Positions 36,144 through 47,910 of a stretch of DNA of 64,000 nt are shown here, piece by piece. Location of the stretch: positions 248,001-312,000 of the forward strand of contig NIVC01001016.1 of assembly GCA_002269645.1 (NCBI GenBank). The letters run 5' to 3'. A program made the translations under genes and the position numbers. Position 1 is the first letter of the stretch. Each line of letters opens with the position of its first letter. The notes under the pieces are model-generated. The model did no database searches. It had not been told where the DNA came from and saw only the letters and a list, made by a program, of their open reading frames with translations. This stretch comes from Macrostomum lignano. Lineage: Eukaryota.

Positions 36144-37068
36144 GCTCTTAGGCTAGGCCTAGTCATGTGCTAGCCTAGCTATCTTGCCAATAAAAATAGG
36201 CTAACTTTAAAAGTACACTGCTATTTAGGATTAACTTTGTGACTCAAAATTTTATACAAGTTTATCAGAATAGTAGTATTAGTTAAGGATTGTCTAAATA
36301 AAATTTAATGACAACTTTAATAAAAGTGGAATGAATGGCATTATGAAGAAGGATTTAATAAAAAAACTTTATTAACTTTGATTAAACCAAATGATAATTC
36401 AATACTCTTATTTATAGGCCCAATAGTCAATACCAATACCAATTGTGTCAATTATCTAGGCTTAGGGCTTAGCACTATAGGCCTAAAAATGTCTAGGACT
36501 TAAGAAGGCCTATAATAGACTGCTTTATCCACTCTATCTATCTATATAAACAAACAGTATTAAATCTATATACCAATGCAATGCCTATGATGTTACACTA
36601 TTGCTAGACATGCTGCAGCCTGCATGCATCAATGCATGGCCATCATGGGATCATGGGATGGGATGAGTCATGAGTGTGCATTGTGCAAGCTGAAAAAATG
36701 TGGCATATTTCTAGTTTACTGCGTTAAATTATTTCGCCCTCTATTCAAGGGTAGGGGGGTTGGAATATAACGAAGTAAACTAGAACTATGCCAAAAAATA
36801 TGGCATATAATAAATATATAAAAATAAAAATAAATATAAATATAATAAAAATAATATAATATAATATAATAAATATAATAAAAATATGGCATAGGCCTAG
36901 CATAGGCCTAAACATAGTTTGACACTGATATAGTCCTACAAATGTTCTTTGTTACATAATAGGGCCTACACTTAGTTAGTCCTAATCTTTATTTTTTGCA
37001 GAAAAATAATACATATAACCCTTTTTTGCAGTAAAAAACCTAGCAAAAATTCCTACTACGGCGGGGCC

Positions 37069-38237
37069 CACTGTTGGGCACCGGCCGCACCGTTAATGAA
37101 AATCTTACTTCTTCTTCTTCTTCCGTTAATGGAAATCTTAATTTATTAACTCTTAATTTAAATGAAACCTATCGATAAAGTAATTTAGACTGATATTTAC
37201 TAGGCCTATTGTTAACATGATTATTCACACTTAAAAGAACAACACTAGTAGAAAGCAATTAACTGAAGTAGCATTGACAAATATTTCTAACTTAACGATT
37301 TATCTACTCGCTTAAAATATTAAAACAGGCCTGTTTTTATAAATACTTATCGATTTAAAAAAATTTTGTCATTTGTTTTGTTTTACTGAGGACGTTAAAA
37401 TAGCGCTTAAAGTCATTTTGAGTAATTTTAAGTTAGGCCTATTTTAAGCCATTATACGCTATTCGAACGCACCCTAAGTTAACTAAAAGTAACCTGATAA
37501 TCGTTATTAAGCGTTAATCCGTTAAAGTTAACACAGGAATTTATACATAAAACTAGCACTTTTTTTAACAAAACAGACTACAATGCACTGTCTTTGCTTG
37601 TCAATCTTTTTAGTGAAACACCCGCGGAGGTCATCTAAGCGATTTACAAGCTAAAAAGTGATAAATAATAATTTAAAAAACTTGCACGTATATTACTACT
37701 AAAAGTAAGCAAACTGTAAAAGAATTAACTTATTTATTTGAAACTTGAAAGCTAATTAGTTAATAATAAAATAAGAATAGGAAGGTTCTTTCAGTATAGC
37801 ATTAGGTGGCGCAGCAGAAAGTTACGAAAGATAGGGAAAGAAGTGAATAAAAGCAATCGATCCTCACACACAAACAATAAAGTTCACAATTTTAATTCAT
37901 TATTAAAGTTCATTTGTTAAGAAGTTGTTACATTTGCAGGATCATCGTCATAAACAAAGAGATTAATTAGGCATTTAGGTAAATTCAAACACAATGTTGT
38001 AACTTTTCGTCAGACTAATACTTTTGTTCTTTCTTTGCGTCTTTGGTCATTGACATTTCAAGCCATTAACGCTAACGATGAATTTGTTGTTAACTCACAA
38101 AATTATTAATGCAAACTCGTAAATCCGTTAATTCAAAAAATCTTAACGGCAGTCCGTAAACGTTAATGAATATTCTTAACACTTATTAACGTTTATTAAC
38201 GGATTAACGCTTATTAACTGACTGGTGCCCAACACTG
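37069..38237. mobile_element. Putative hAT-like non-autonomous element
   Basis: 14-bp imperfect TIR CACTGTTGGGCACC / GGTGCCCAACACTG (CAGTGTTG-type end) and many CGTTAA/TTAACG subterminal motifs. No TSD found. Confidence 0.45.
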
Positions 38238-38489
38238 ACCCTTTGCAATACGGGTGCAGCCCACTTCGGCGAAGGAATTTTCGGCGAAAGACGCGCTTCA
38301 GCGAAAGTGAATTTTAAGTTTCAATAGATGTACATTTAGCTGCTAATGGTTATAATTTGCATAGACTCTTCCTCTTGTATCTTGTCTTGTCGTTTGCACC
38401 ACTGCAAGTGAAGTAATAGGGCCTATAAAGCTAAAACATTAAGCACAAGGAGCATAAGCTAAAAGCCATTAGTAATAGCATAAGTATAC

Positions 38490-38658
38490 CTCTACTTGAG
38501 AATATTGGCAGATTCTACTAGCAATCTTCGCCCCCCGATGGGGGACATCTAGATAGAATCTCTGTTCTCTACAAGTATCAATAAGATGGCCAAACAAAGC
38601 CTTCACATAGTCAATAGAAAAACTGTTCAGATGAAGTGCAATGCGAAAAGAAAACATC
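38490..38658 (-). other. Candidate isolated coding exon (56 codons) of unknown gene
   Basis: Acceptor ctgtcttag| directly after a minisatellite, open frame MFSFRIALHLNSFSIDYVKALFGHLIDTCREQRFYLDVPHRGAKIASRICQYSQVE, weak donor GAG|gtatac. Confidence 0.3.
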
Positions 38659-38664
38659 CTAAGA

Positions 38665-39260
38665 CAGCAAGCATCCCCCCAGATAGCAAGCACCTCCAGA
38701 TAGCAAGCATCTCCCCAGATAGCAAGCACCTCCAGATAGCAAGCATCCCCCCAGATAGCAGGCACCCCCCAGATAGCAAGCATCACCCAGATAGCAAGCA
38801 TCCCAGATAGCAAGCATCCCCCAGATAGCAAGCATCCCCCAGATAGCAAGCATCCCCCAAATAGCAAGCATCCCCCAGATAGCAAGCATCCCCCAGATAG
38901 CAAGCATCCCCCAGATAGCAAGCATCCCAGATAGCAAGCATCCCCCAGATAGCCAGCATCCCCCAGATAGCAAGCATCCCCCAGATAGCAAGCATCCCCC
39001 AGATAGCAGGCACCCCCAGATAGCAGGCACCCCCAGATAGCAAGCACCCCAGATAGCAAGCACCGCAGATAGCAAGCACCCCAGATAGCAAGCACCCCCA
39101 GATAGCAAGCACCACCAGATAGCTAGCACCACCAGATAGCAGGCACCCCCAGATAGCAGGCACCCCCAGATAGCAAGCACCCCCAGATAGCAAGCACCTC
39201 CAGATAGCAAGCACCCCCAGATAGCAAGCACCACCAGATAGCAAGCACGCCCAGATAGCA
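38665..39260. repeat. Minisatellite, ~18-bp unit CAGATAGCAAGCAYCCCC
   Basis: Tandem units with variable poly-C. Confidence 0.95.
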
Positions 39261-39261
39261 G

Positions 39262-40835
39262 GCGACATGGTGGCTTTTTACTGTTAGACATGGTGGCTCT
39301 TTAATGTTAGACATGGTGGCTCTTTAATGTTAGACATGGTGGCTCTTTAATGTTCGACATGGTGGTTCTTTAATGTTAGACATGGTGGCTCTATAATGTT
39401 CTACATGGTGGCCCTTTAATGTTCGACATGGTGGCTCTTTACTGTTAGACATGGTGGCTCTTTAATGTTCGATATGGTGGCACTTTAATGTTTGACATCA
39501 TGCTAGATTTATGTTTGACATGGTGGCTCTTTAATGTTTGATATGGTGGCTCTTTTCTGTTAGACATGGTGGGTCTTTTTGGTTTGACATGATGGCACTT
39601 TTATGTTTTGACATGGCAGCTCTTTAATGTTTTACATGGTGGCTCTTTAATGTACGACATAATGGCTCTTTTATGTTTAACAATGTGGCTCTTTAATGTT
39701 TTACATGGTGGCTCTTTAATGTTCGACATGGTGGCTCTTTAATGTTCGACATGGTGGTTCTTTAATGTTCGAAATGGTGGCTCCTTAATGTTTGGCATAA
39801 AGTCACATATATGTTTGACATAAAGTCACATATATGTTTGACATAAAGTCACATATATGTTTGACATAAAGTCACATATATGTTTGACATAAAGTCACAT
39901 ATATGTTTGACATAAAGTCACATATATGTTTGACATAAAGTCACATATATGTTTGACATAAAGTCACATATATGTTCGACATGGTGGCTCTTTTTAACAT
40001 CTGACATGGTGGCTCTTCTATGTTTAACATGGTGGCTCTTTTATGTTTGACATGGTGGCTCTTTAATGTTCTTCATGGTGGCTCTTTAAGGTTCGACATG
40101 GTGGCTCTTTAATGTTCGAAATGGTGGCTCTTTTTTGTTCGACATGGTGGCTCTTTTTTGTTCTACCTGGTAACTCTTTTATGTTTGATACGGTGGCTTT
40201 TTAATGTCTGACATGTTGGCTCTTTTATGTTTGACATGGTGGCTCTTTAATGTTCGACAAAGTGGCTCTTTAATGTTTGACATGGTGGCTATTGTTTGAC
40301 ATGGTGGCTCTTTAATGTTCGAAATAGTGGCTCTGCAATGTTTGAAATGGTGGCTCTATTATGTTCGACATGGTGGCTCTTTTAGGTTTGACATGGTGGC
40401 TCTTAAATGTTTCACATGGTGGCTCTTTAGTTTTTAACATGGTGGCTCTTTGATGTTCTTCATGATATAGCTCTTTTATGTTTCACATGGTGGCACTTTA
40501 ATGTTCGACATGGTGGCTCTTTAATGTTTGACATAAAGTCACATATATGTTTGACATGGTGGCTCTTAAATGTTTGACATGGTGGCTCTTTAATGTTCGA
40601 CATGGTAGCTCTTTTATGTTCGACATGGTGGCTCTTAAATGTTTGACATGGTGGCTCTTAAATGTTTGACCTGGTGGCTCTTTTATGTTTGACATGGTGG
40701 CTCTTTTATGTTTGACATGGTGGCTCTTTTATGTTTGACATGGTGGCTCTTTAATGTTCGACATGGTGGCTCTTCTATGTTTGATATGGTAACTCTTTTA
40801 TGTTCGATATGTTGGCTCTTCTATGTTTGACATTG
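39262..40835. repeat. Compound minisatellite: 23-bp GACATGGTGGCTCTTTAATGTTY with an embedded 23-bp GACATAAAGTCACATATATGTTT sub-array
   Basis: Two unit types of equal length in register. The sub-array has about 8 copies at ~39794-39978 plus one copy at ~40530. Confidence 0.9.
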
Positions 40836-40889
40836 CGCTTCTTTGATGTTTAGCAGTTTTGTTGTTTTTAAGGTGTTTTAATAAAAAAA

Positions 40890-40965
40890 ATCTTTTTGTA
40901 CTACTAAGATTCGAACCCAGGTCGCTACATTAGCATTCCAGTCTGTTCGCATCAGGGCTATCTCT
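40890..40965 (-). pseudogene. tRNA-derived (SINE-head-like) remnant
   Basis: The minus strand has a T-arm/B-box CTGGGTTCGAATCTTAG with a pairing stem, a weak A-box-like TAGCCCTGATGCG, and a downstream T-run. No intact cloverleaf. Confidence 0.3.
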
Positions 40966-43900
40966 TTTCAATTGGAGAACATGAATTGTGGCCCTTATAA
41001 TTAAATTCTTACAGCAAGTCAATCGGAGTAAAAAGTTATGACATAATCAATTTCTCAGTCAGCCAGTATCAGTCTCAATTTAAGTTAGCAATATGGTTAC
41101 GCAATTTAAATCAAGTCGTGTGTGCATTTCTTTGACACTGTTTTCAACTTGTTGTGATGCAATCTTTATCACAATCGGAATTCAGTCAGTCAGTTTTTTC
41201 TCTAGCATTCTTACAATGTATTTCAAGTCAAAAATTTTGCTTGACCTTTGCAAAAAAGCATGTTTTTCGAATATTTAATCCCTTTAACATTAAGCAATTT
41301 CTTAGCCAAGATACATGTACCGTCCCAGGAAAATTTCTGATCGAATGGTGCAAGTTTGAAGAAAATCGGTTGAGCCAATTTTTCTGAAATCTATCGCATA
41401 GCTACAGACATTTCATTTTTAGTATATGGGATGCACATGCTGCCATCACCTAGCCTAAGAGTCTTATAGGGTTAGAATGTTGTACTACATTACAACGCGT
41501 GCATTGCACTGACATAATTTTCACTCTGAAGTCAAAATCATTTACAAAACTTTTTATAGACTTCAAGCTAAAGGAAATTCGTTTTTAATCCTAATGATTT
41601 TTCTTAGAATAAAATGCATTTATTGAAGTCTATTGTTTAGGTCCACGGTTTGCGATGCAAAATTTTTAAATTGACAACAAAAATACAATAGATCAGCTAG
41701 TAGGGCCTATATATAGACTAAGTGAGTAATTTAGAGTTCTATGGAAGTTAAGGTCCAATATATATCGAATTTGAAATACCTATAAGTCACTAGTCAGCAG
41801 GTCAATGAGGTCAGACCAAGTTGTGAGTCATGTGAGATGTTTGTAAAAAGATAGGAAATATCTATTACCTGCTATTACTACTAGTACCAGGTACCCCGCA
41901 TGGCATACCCTGACTGCTAGCTCTATTAGGACTAGACTCAAAAATATTGGCAAGAAAATTTCAATAAAGAAGCCTTAGCTATACAACAAAGCTAGGTCCT
42001 AGGACCTAGATTTTTACCTAATCTTTTATGTGGCAATTAGAGTTAGGTCTAGGGCCTAGGCAGGCCTAGCACTTTAGTTTTGTGGCTTTAATTAATTCTT
42101 AAATTATATTAAATATTTTATATAAGGTCAAGGCCCCTACATACTTATAATATTTCTGTGATTCATATGAACTGTTTCATGTTTTTTTAGCTATAGGCTG
42201 CCTAATTTTTATAATTTTTACTAGGCCTAGGCCTAATAAAGTAATTTAGTAGGCCTAGGCCTATCCTAAGCTTATCTCTAGACTCAAAGCCATTCTATGA
42301 TCTTATTAATGACTTGTCTAGAAGAAAAAAGTGATTTTTATTGAAAATTTATAGTATCCTATATTAGTATATAAAAGGGATAGGCCTAATACAGTATTAT
42401 TAAGGGCAATAAACCATTTATTATTATCAAATAAACTTTTGAATAAAATTTGATAAAATATTTTGTTACCATCTAGGCCTGATTTTGTATCTAGCCCTAC
42501 CTAGAAGCTTACTAGTTGAATTAAGTGGACAAAAAGCACCTAATTGTTTGTCACAATTTTGGAATTTTTTCAGTGTTGTGTTGCGACTAAAATCAAGGCA
42601 ATTTGGTAAGCCCCTATCACAGTGCCAATTTCACACTTTGGATCATGTAGTATATGCCCAAAAAATCAGGCATGCACTGGCCTTGTATGCCAAAATTGGG
42701 CATGCACAGTTGGCATGCATCACTCTAAGTTTAAGAAAATAGTGTGCATGCATACCTAGTGCACAATTTGTAAAATCATGTTGAAAAGTTGTTATAAAGT
42801 AGAAAAAAAAGATGAAAAAAGTTCTTTTCAAGTGTAAATTTCAAGCTTTCTAGTTTTTTAGCATGTAACAAAGCAGTTAAACAAATCTTTGCATATAGGC
42901 CTATCAATTTTCTGCTATAAGTATAAATATTGCCAAAAAGGTCATTTTTGGCACAATGTAAAAAATGTCATTTATTATTGCAACACTAGCATATTTTTGA
43001 AAATGGGCTTGTACTCAATTTTTTGGCATGCATTTGTAATTATTCAATTTTTGTTTAGGTGTGCACCTAGCATGTGTCCTAGGGGTTTCTTCTGTCTAAT
43101 AATAATTTCACTATGCCACCAAAAGCTGTCCTAGGACTCTTAATTATTCTTTTGTTAATTTTACTTACTGCCACCAAATTGTGCTAGTGTTTATTGAATA
43201 TCATACGAGCTGTCACCAAGCTGTTACAGGGCTAAACTTTGTCTCTCTACTTAATGTACCTTTGCATAAATGTACTATTATTACTGGTAGCGTCTACTTA
43301 TCTACTTCTATTGGTAGCATCTACTTATCTAATTCTATTGGTAGCATCTCTGAATGTACTACTGTATTTTTAGGCTGAGCAGTCTATTGGCACTGTCTAA
43401 TTCTTAGTCTCTCAGTCCTGGCATTCCTGGGATCAGAGGGTCACAGCTTTATGCATTTTCCCTGCCCTGAGGCAATTTCTCCTGTGGCCCTGAGGCAATT
43501 ATACAATTACTGCCCTGATGCGATTCTCACTTTTAGCAGTTTCTAATACTCCCAATGAGGGGCTTTTTAATCTAGAAAATGAATGAGTCAATTTGAACAA
43601 CTGTTTAGTAAAGACTTGTTAAATTTTGCTCGCAATTGGAAGCTTGGGGCAAGTCAAGTTGCTTCTCATGGCCCGCTTGGGGCTTCTATTTACACTAGAA
43701 TTTCTGACACTTTTAAATGAAAGCTAATATTTTTTAGAATAAAAACATTTAAACAAAAATAAGAATAATTTCCTTTTCGTGTAAATTCAACTACATGCAT
43801 TTCTAAGAAAACAGCAAAAACATAAAGTATTATTCGTGCATATAAGAATAGGCTATTAATTCAGGCACTATCTCACGTGATCTGGACTATGGTGTTTTTG

Positions 43901-44536
43901 GGTAAATGGCAAGAGTATTTATATATGACTATCTTATTAAGGTTGTTAAATTTGCTATTTATTCAACTTTTTATAGGTTTATATAAAAATTGAGATGAGA
44001 CAATAGGGCCTATATAGCTACAAATATATATATGCCCAACATTTGTCCAACCCATCCAAACTTGATGGGTAGAATGGCCGCTAGCCAAGGTAAGTTGCAA
44101 AATCAAAAATGCAAAAACAAAAAAATGGAGGAAAAAAAGGAGAAAAAAGAAAATGAAAAGAAAAGAAAGAAAAAAGAAGAGAAAGAAAAAGAGAATAAAA
44201 TAGAAAAAGGCAAGAAAAGTCATATACAAATTGAAAATTAAATCATAATCAGGGGAACTAAATTGCAATAGAGAGGAACTAAGTCACAATTAGGTGAAAC
44301 TAAGTGGCACCGCACCAGATAGGTAAAATTTTGAAGTTGGGCATATATGGTTACACATATATTAAATTTCAATGCCAAGGTGCCAAATAAAATTTTGAGG
44401 TGTTATAACAACTATTTGGCACAAAAAACTTAGTTAGGTATTATAGTCATTATTTTCTTAATGACAAAAACCTTGTTTTCTTTATTAACTTTTTTATCTA
44501 TAGGCTTATTTCTGTATAACAATTTATATTACTCAT

Positions 44537-44822
44537 CATATATGCGCAACCTCCAAAATTCAGTTGGCCATGCAACTTAGTTTTAACAAAAATGCGACAT
44601 AGTTTTTGGCCAAAAAATGCGACTTACATGTAAAAAATGCTAATGCAAAATTAATGCAACTTTGGGTAAACGGCAGGAGTAACTATGACTGTCTTATTAA
44701 GTCAAAATGCCTGGTCAGCTACTTAGTACTACACAGGTATTTTTTTGGGTGGCCATTTTTGCGACTTCCTTAGTTGGCCGCCAAATTGGTTGGCCAGATC
44801 GGCCGACTGTTGCGCATGTGTG
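44537..44822. mobile_element. 286-bp MITE, copy 2, carrying the same 28S rRNA-like fragment (44664-44727)
   Basis: TIR CATATATGCGCAAC / GTTGCGCATGTGTG. Its own 8-bp TSD TTACTCAT (44529-44536, 44823-44830). Colinear with 809-1094. Confidence 0.9.
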
Positions 44823-46019
44823 TTACTCATTAAGTTTAATGACTAATGCCTTAATCTTCTTTTATCCCTTATCTTTTATAGAAATAAATCTAAAATAAAC
44901 AAAACTTGTAGTTAACAACACTATTGTTAATTACATATTGGGGTATATATTTTTGCTATAAATGGGTCTTTTGTAGCTCTTGCAATCTTTTTTTCTAATA
45001 GAAGGTTCATAAGACAGCATATATTTGATTTAAAAGTAAAAAAAACTGCAGTGCAGTTACAACCATCACAAAAAAGCAAAAATGTTTTTTCCTGGTAGCT
45101 TTTTTAGACCTACTGTCTTTAAAATACACAAAAGTTTAGCCCTTCATATGTACTTTTAGTTGGTAAAATTTGGTTTGCATATGTCTATGAGCTAGTAGAA
45201 AAAACTCTGCAAACTTATCTACAACCATTATAAGATTTTTGTACCAAATACCATTACCAAGCTATATGTCTTTGACTATAAAACTCTTAGCAAGACATTT
45301 TTTCTGTTAGTGCCTTTGCAGACTGATAGGGACTTAAGAGTATAGTGTGCTCAGATTGAATACTAAGGCTTTAAGAAAAGGGAGCATTAAGAATTGAGTT
45401 CATAAAACATTTATTTTGGGGTGCTAATTCATATAAACTCAGAGAGGTAGGGTTGGAATTTGGTCTAGGTGCATTTCATTTAACAAAAACATGCAAGCCT
45501 ATTAGTCAAAGGCTGCTATATAGAATAGGGCTAGATATAAAATACCATGTACTTCTAGCAGTAAGTACATGCATTGCTAGACATTTCCATATAAGTTTAA
45601 TCCTTGCAATTCATGGCTCTAGTAAAATGCTCATTTGTATTAGTAGTTTTTCTAAGAAAATGGAACAATGAATAGAACATTCATGGACCAATGAAAGCCA
45701 GTCCAAATTTATAATTGTTTTGATAGCAATTTATCTAGACATGAATTCATTCAACCATCAATTAGTACTATTGACAAATGATTGAGTTATAAGTCTACCA
45801 ATCTAACTACTAGGCTTAGAGTTGACTACAACCAAGGTAATTGACTATAAAGAAAGTTTTTATTTTTTCTTTTCATATAAGACATAATTTATCATATAAA
45901 AAGTTTGTTTCTAATTAAGAGCAGCAAAGGTTACTAGTAAAAAGTACAATTATAATTTTGTCATGGATTTAGTTATAAGGCCTATCTAGTATAAAAGATT
46001 AGTTAAGAAAGAAAATAAG

Positions 46020-47428
46020 TTTAATGCTGGTAGAGTTGCTTGCTTGGCGAGAAGAATAAATAGAAAGCTTAATATCAACATTTGAAAATGATTGCAATTT
46101 CTAACAATTTCAATGCGTTTCGCACGCCATGGTGCATCGTCAGGATTTTATTAGAACAATTTGAGAAAGTGAGATTGAATATATTACAATATACATAGGT
46201 AGGTAGGAGAGAAAATTATAGATTAAGATTGAAAATTAAACCAAAAGTACACAATTCTTGTTCAGTGGTCAAAAGGCAGAATCAGGGGCAGTAGCTTAAG
46301 TAATTGAATGTCAAGTTAAGTGTACACAGCGTACACGACTTTGTTACTCACTGTTCAGAAAATGCGGAGAATGTGACCTGCACCACTATGTTGTAATTGG
46401 GTATTGAGATTCGGGGTCTGAGCTTTTATGTGCAGGGCCTCAAGAATTTTAAGTTTGGCGTCAATATGGCTTTGGTCAATGATTTTAAAGTGTTCTTCTG
46501 GTTTGCAGTCATTGCAGTTAGTGCATTCAAGGAGGTGAGTTTGTATAGCAGATGGTTTGAGCCAGTGTTCCCTGATCCTTGTGTGTAGGTTTCTTTTGGT
46601 TTTCCCCACGTAGGAGACGCTCTGGTCCACAGAGCAGTTAAATTGGTAGACAACACCTGCACGCAGAGTACAAGGAACACGCGACTTTAATCTGCTAACA
46701 AAGTTCCCAATCTTGTTCATGTGGAAAACAACCTGGATGTTACGATTGAAAGAGGCAAAGAATAACCTACGAATTCTGTTTTTTAAGGTTAGAGATGAAG
46801 GTCCGAGGAAGGGGAGATGCAGAATGGGTTCAAATTCTTCAGTGGTAACAGATTGCTCAGGTTTTTGTTTGGTGATTTTGTCTGAGATGAACTTGTTGAT
46901 GATTTTTTCAACCAGACAAATGGGGTAGTCATTTTGATGGAACAGTCTGATGAGGAACTGCACCTCCCGGTCAAAGTTGATCCAGGTGTTACAGGTAGTT
47001 AAAGCTCTATGGAGCAAACACCTCACGAGCCCAGTTTTCCATTGTCTGGGGCAAGTGGCTTGGAAGTTGAGAATGAGATTGGTAAAGCTTTTCTTATGGA
47101 AGACTTTTGTGGAGAAGGTTTCCTTACTGTAGTCAATGTCAATTTCCAGAAAGGAGAGTCTTTGGTCAAAAGCATGTTCAACTGTGAATTTTATGTTCTT
47201 ATGAGTGGAGTTGAGAGCGTGGAGGAACTGATCAATTTTTTGCTCCTGATCAAAGATGGCAAACGTATTTTCGACGTAGTGCCTGTAGAATTTGGGGGCA
47301 CAGTTGAGAGACATCCAATTTTTGGTTTCCCAGTGGGCCAAGCAGACGTTCGCCAGAGTGGGGGCCGAGGGGCTTCCCATGGCATAGCCATCAACTTGCC
47401 TATAGTATTTATTGTCTATAATGTATAA
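46020..47428 (-). mobile_element. 5'-truncated Penelope-like element (RT C-terminal half + GIY-YIG endonuclease); ORF 46355-47380 extends upstream to ~47430
   Basis: YYRQVDGYAMGSP (RT motif), YVENTFAIF (YVDD altered), FLEIDI, VFHKKSFT, WKTGLVRCLLHRA. GIY-YIG segment VVYQFNC...YVGKTKRNLHTRIREH...LKILEALHIKAQTPNLN. Hammerhead motif in the 3' tail. Confidence 0.92.
46102..46153 (-). ncRNA. Minimal type I hammerhead ribozyme (degenerate) in the PLE 3' tail
   Basis: The minus strand reads TAATAAAATC-CTGACGA-T-GCAC-CATGGC-GTGC-GAAAC-GC-ATT-GAAATTGTTA. The CUGANGA and GAAA cores and a 4-bp stem II are present, and stem I pairs 8/10. The stem III palindrome AACGCGTT appears mutated to AACGCATT. Confidence 0.75.
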
Positions 47429-47910
47429 GTTTATTATATATTAGTTTTGTATTTTATAATGAGTTTCTATGTTAGAAATTAGCATTTTAGTAATAACAAG
47501 GTATTTTTATGTTTAGTCCAAGGACTGGGAGTTGCCATATACACCCTTGTCTAACACTAACTAACCACTGGGCTGCAAACCCTAAGAACAGATTGAAAAT
47601 ATTCATTTTTGCTAATTTTACTGATCAAATTCAAACTAATAACTTGTCAATTTGTTGACTTACCATTGGTCTATCACAATTTACCCTAGCCAGGTTTACT
47701 GGGTCAGTCAGGTAACCGAGCAGTTGCATAATTACATGAATTAAAAGTACAAATTCTATTTTCTATAGTCATGTAGTAATTCACACTTAAGTTTTAACTG
47801 TGAGGCTATACTTTTTTCTTTGTATTTCAGTTGTAATACAACACAGTTCCTTTGGTTTACTATAAGGTCTAGCTTTACAAAAACAATTAATTACTATCAA
47901 TAGAAAGACA

